DNA of 37,335 nucleotides from a virus (Duplodnaviria; Caudoviricetes): IMG/VR virus record IMGVR_UViG_3300040816_000093, positions 1 to 37,335 of that record; one strand, 5' to 3'. Shown piece by piece: positions 36,016 to 37,335 of this stretch (position 1 is its first letter; each line of letters starts with the position of its first letter). The notes under the pieces were generated by a model. It saw only the letters and a program-made list of their open reading frames with translations, ran no database searches and was not told where the DNA came from. The position numbers and the translations under genes were made by a program.

Positions 36016-36531
36016 TTATTCGCCATCTTTCGGCGTCACATCTATTGCCTCACCCTCGATCACATCAGGTGATGAAAGCCTCTTGATCGCTTCCAAATAC
36101 CTGTCTCCGATGTTGATCTCGGTACTGATCTGCATCTTCTCTCCCCACAAATGCGGGTCCATGCGTGACGCTATCCACCGCTTGTTCTCAGCAATCACTC
36201 TTGCTCGTGCAGGATCAAGATCACCTCTCCGCACCTCTGTCAGCATCTCCTCAATGTCAGAGACGTGCCACTCAGCGCGACTGATCCTTGCTCGCTCATA
36301 GCGTTCCTTCCTAGCAGGATCACGCGCTACCCAATCGTTGACTGTGTTGTACGCCATGTCCTTGCGCTTGCACCAAGCATGAAGCGACTCACCCTGCGCT
36401 ACGCAGTCAGTGATCTCCGTCTCCAGTGCGACAGGATCGGCGCTCATCTCATACCATCGCTCACGCCGCTCTAAGTTCTTCGGCAACCGCTCACCCAGTT
36501 CGCCCTTGTGTACCTTACTCACCATACTCAA
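36016..36531 (-). CDS. terS: Terminase small subunit (Sf6 gp1-like)
   Basis: GESL..WC...YNTV.DW...YERAR...KRWIASRMDP..WGEK; upstream of terL. Confidence 0.85.
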   Translation of the reverse strand: MSMVSKVHKGELGERLPKNLERRERWYEMSADPVALETEITDCVAQGESLHAWCKRKDMAYNTVNDWVARDPARKERYERARISRAEWHVSDIEEMLTEVRRGDLDPARARVIAENKRWIASRMDPHLWGEKMQISTEINIGDRYLEAIKRLSSPDVIEGEAIDVTPKDGE

Positions 36532-36808
36532 CCTGCTTCTCTTTTATCACCGCTTCCCAGAATGTCTGGCGCATGGCTTCGATTGACCCGTAAAGCATGA
36601 ACAAGTCTTTCTCGCTACCACCAAACCAGAAAATAGGCTCCCCATCTTCCTGAATAATCGTAAGCGCCATTCCACGCGGAACAATGCCACCCGTATCGAT
36701 ATCATCAGCCACGTCAAACAGCATCTTCTCCACAGCTTTCCGATTCTCGTCCTCAAAGTCTCTCGCATCGAACGGCTTCCCATTGATCCCTATTACCTTA
36801 TCTACCAC
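36515..36808 (-). CDS. Hypothetical protein
   Basis: Overlaps both neighbours on the coding strand. Confidence 0.7.
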   Translation of the reverse strand: MVDKVIGINGKPFDARDFEDENRKAVEKMLFDVADDIDTGGIVPRGMALTIIQEDGEPIFWFGGSEKDLFMLYGSIEAMRQTFWEAVIKEKQVEYGE

Positions 36809-37323
36809 CCTGCTTCCTCGCTTGAGTTGACATCCACATGAGTAGTATACGCACCTGCGACCTGTTTCAAATGGGTCAACGCTGTTGGATTCTCGTGAGC
36901 CATCATCACAATGTCCGCCGCTGTATACACGATGAAGTCGTCTCCTAGTTCACGCCCCAACGTTGCCGCGACGTATTCGGCATCCTGCGGATTCATCACG
37001 GCGACGGCGCGCCGGTCCCCAACTCGCGTCTGCAAGTCGAACCACGTCATATCGGAAGGCGAACTCCCGTTCTCCAGTGCTTCCTTCTCCAACGCATCCA
37101 CGCCTCGCTCCATCACGCCTAAGCGCCTCGCGTACTCAAACTCGTCTGCGCTCACCCGCGCTTCCTTCATCCGCCCATTCGCCTTGGCGAACTTCGCCGC
37201 TGTCTCCGCACTACACTTCGACGCTAATCGATCAAGGCTCCCCCAACGTGCAATCGCATCCATCCTCCTGCGTTCCCAACTTGCCTTCGCCTTCCGCGTC
37301 ACATCGCTTGCATAATCATCCAT
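36802..37323 (-). CDS. Conserved phage hypothetical protein downstream of the primase region
   Basis: MD..WG..DRL...S.ETAAKF pattern; on the circle its RBS (AAGGGG) lies at 127-132. Confidence 0.75.
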   Translation of the reverse strand: MDDYASDVTRKAKASWERRRMDAIARWGSLDRLASKCSAETAAKFAKANGRMKEARVSADEFEYARRLGVMERGVDALEKEALENGSSPSDMTWFDLQTRVGDRRAVAVMNPQDAEYVAATLGRELGDDFIVYTAADIVMMAHENPTALTHLKQVAGAYTTHVDVNSSEEAGW

Positions 37324-37328
37324 CGTAT
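37203..37328. repeat. Terminal direct repeat, copy 2
   Basis: Identical to 1-126; the final 7 nt diverge. Confidence 0.95.
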
Positions 37329-37335
37329 ATCCCTC

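Noticed and set aside
384-37315. All plus-strand ORFs and nested minus-strand alternative-frame ORFs in the track
   Set aside because: They are shadows of well-supported minus-strand genes, with no recognisable motifs
37203-37335. End repeat as a biological direct terminal repeat
   Set aside because: It falls in the middle of a CDS and its length is typical of assembler overlap; the 7 divergent final bases look like a contig-end artefact
1-37335. Apparent abundance of GATC/CGATCG; tRNA genes; alternative genetic code
   Set aside because: Word enrichment cannot be quantified by eye; no tRNA-like sequence was seen in the few gaps; genes are intact under the standard code

Overview
This window is almost certainly a complete, circularly permuted ~37.2 kb tailed-phage genome. 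Bases 1-126 recur at 37203-37328, consistent with an assembly overlap. Every credible gene is on the minus strand. The morphogenesis module is podovirus/P22-like: TerS, TerL, portal, scaffold, major capsid, adaptor, several tail fibres, a gp10-like tail protein and four putative ejection proteins. There is also a lysis cassette (M15 endolysin, 3-TM holin, several small membrane proteins), an HNH endonuclease, and a replication arm (RuvC, PD-(D/E)XK nuclease, SSB-like protein, PrimPol-helicase fusion, iteron-like origin). I found no integrase, DNA polymerase, RNA polymerase, partition gene, tRNA or CRISPR array. Four observations stand out. (1) The terS-terL gap holds a 28-bp XerC/XerD dif-like site with a perfect XerD arm, next to an IHF consensus and two DnaA boxes; this suggests an integrase-free tailed phage using host Xer machinery. 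(2) A modular protein with an ADP-ribosyltransferase-like domain sits between terL and portal and shares a C-terminal xLL motif with the scaffold and ejection proteins. (3) A tail adhesin carries an apparently circularly permuted MAM domain. (4) A 13-bp box recurs directly after T-runs or terminators. All protein calls come from motif recognition by eye and were not searched against databases.
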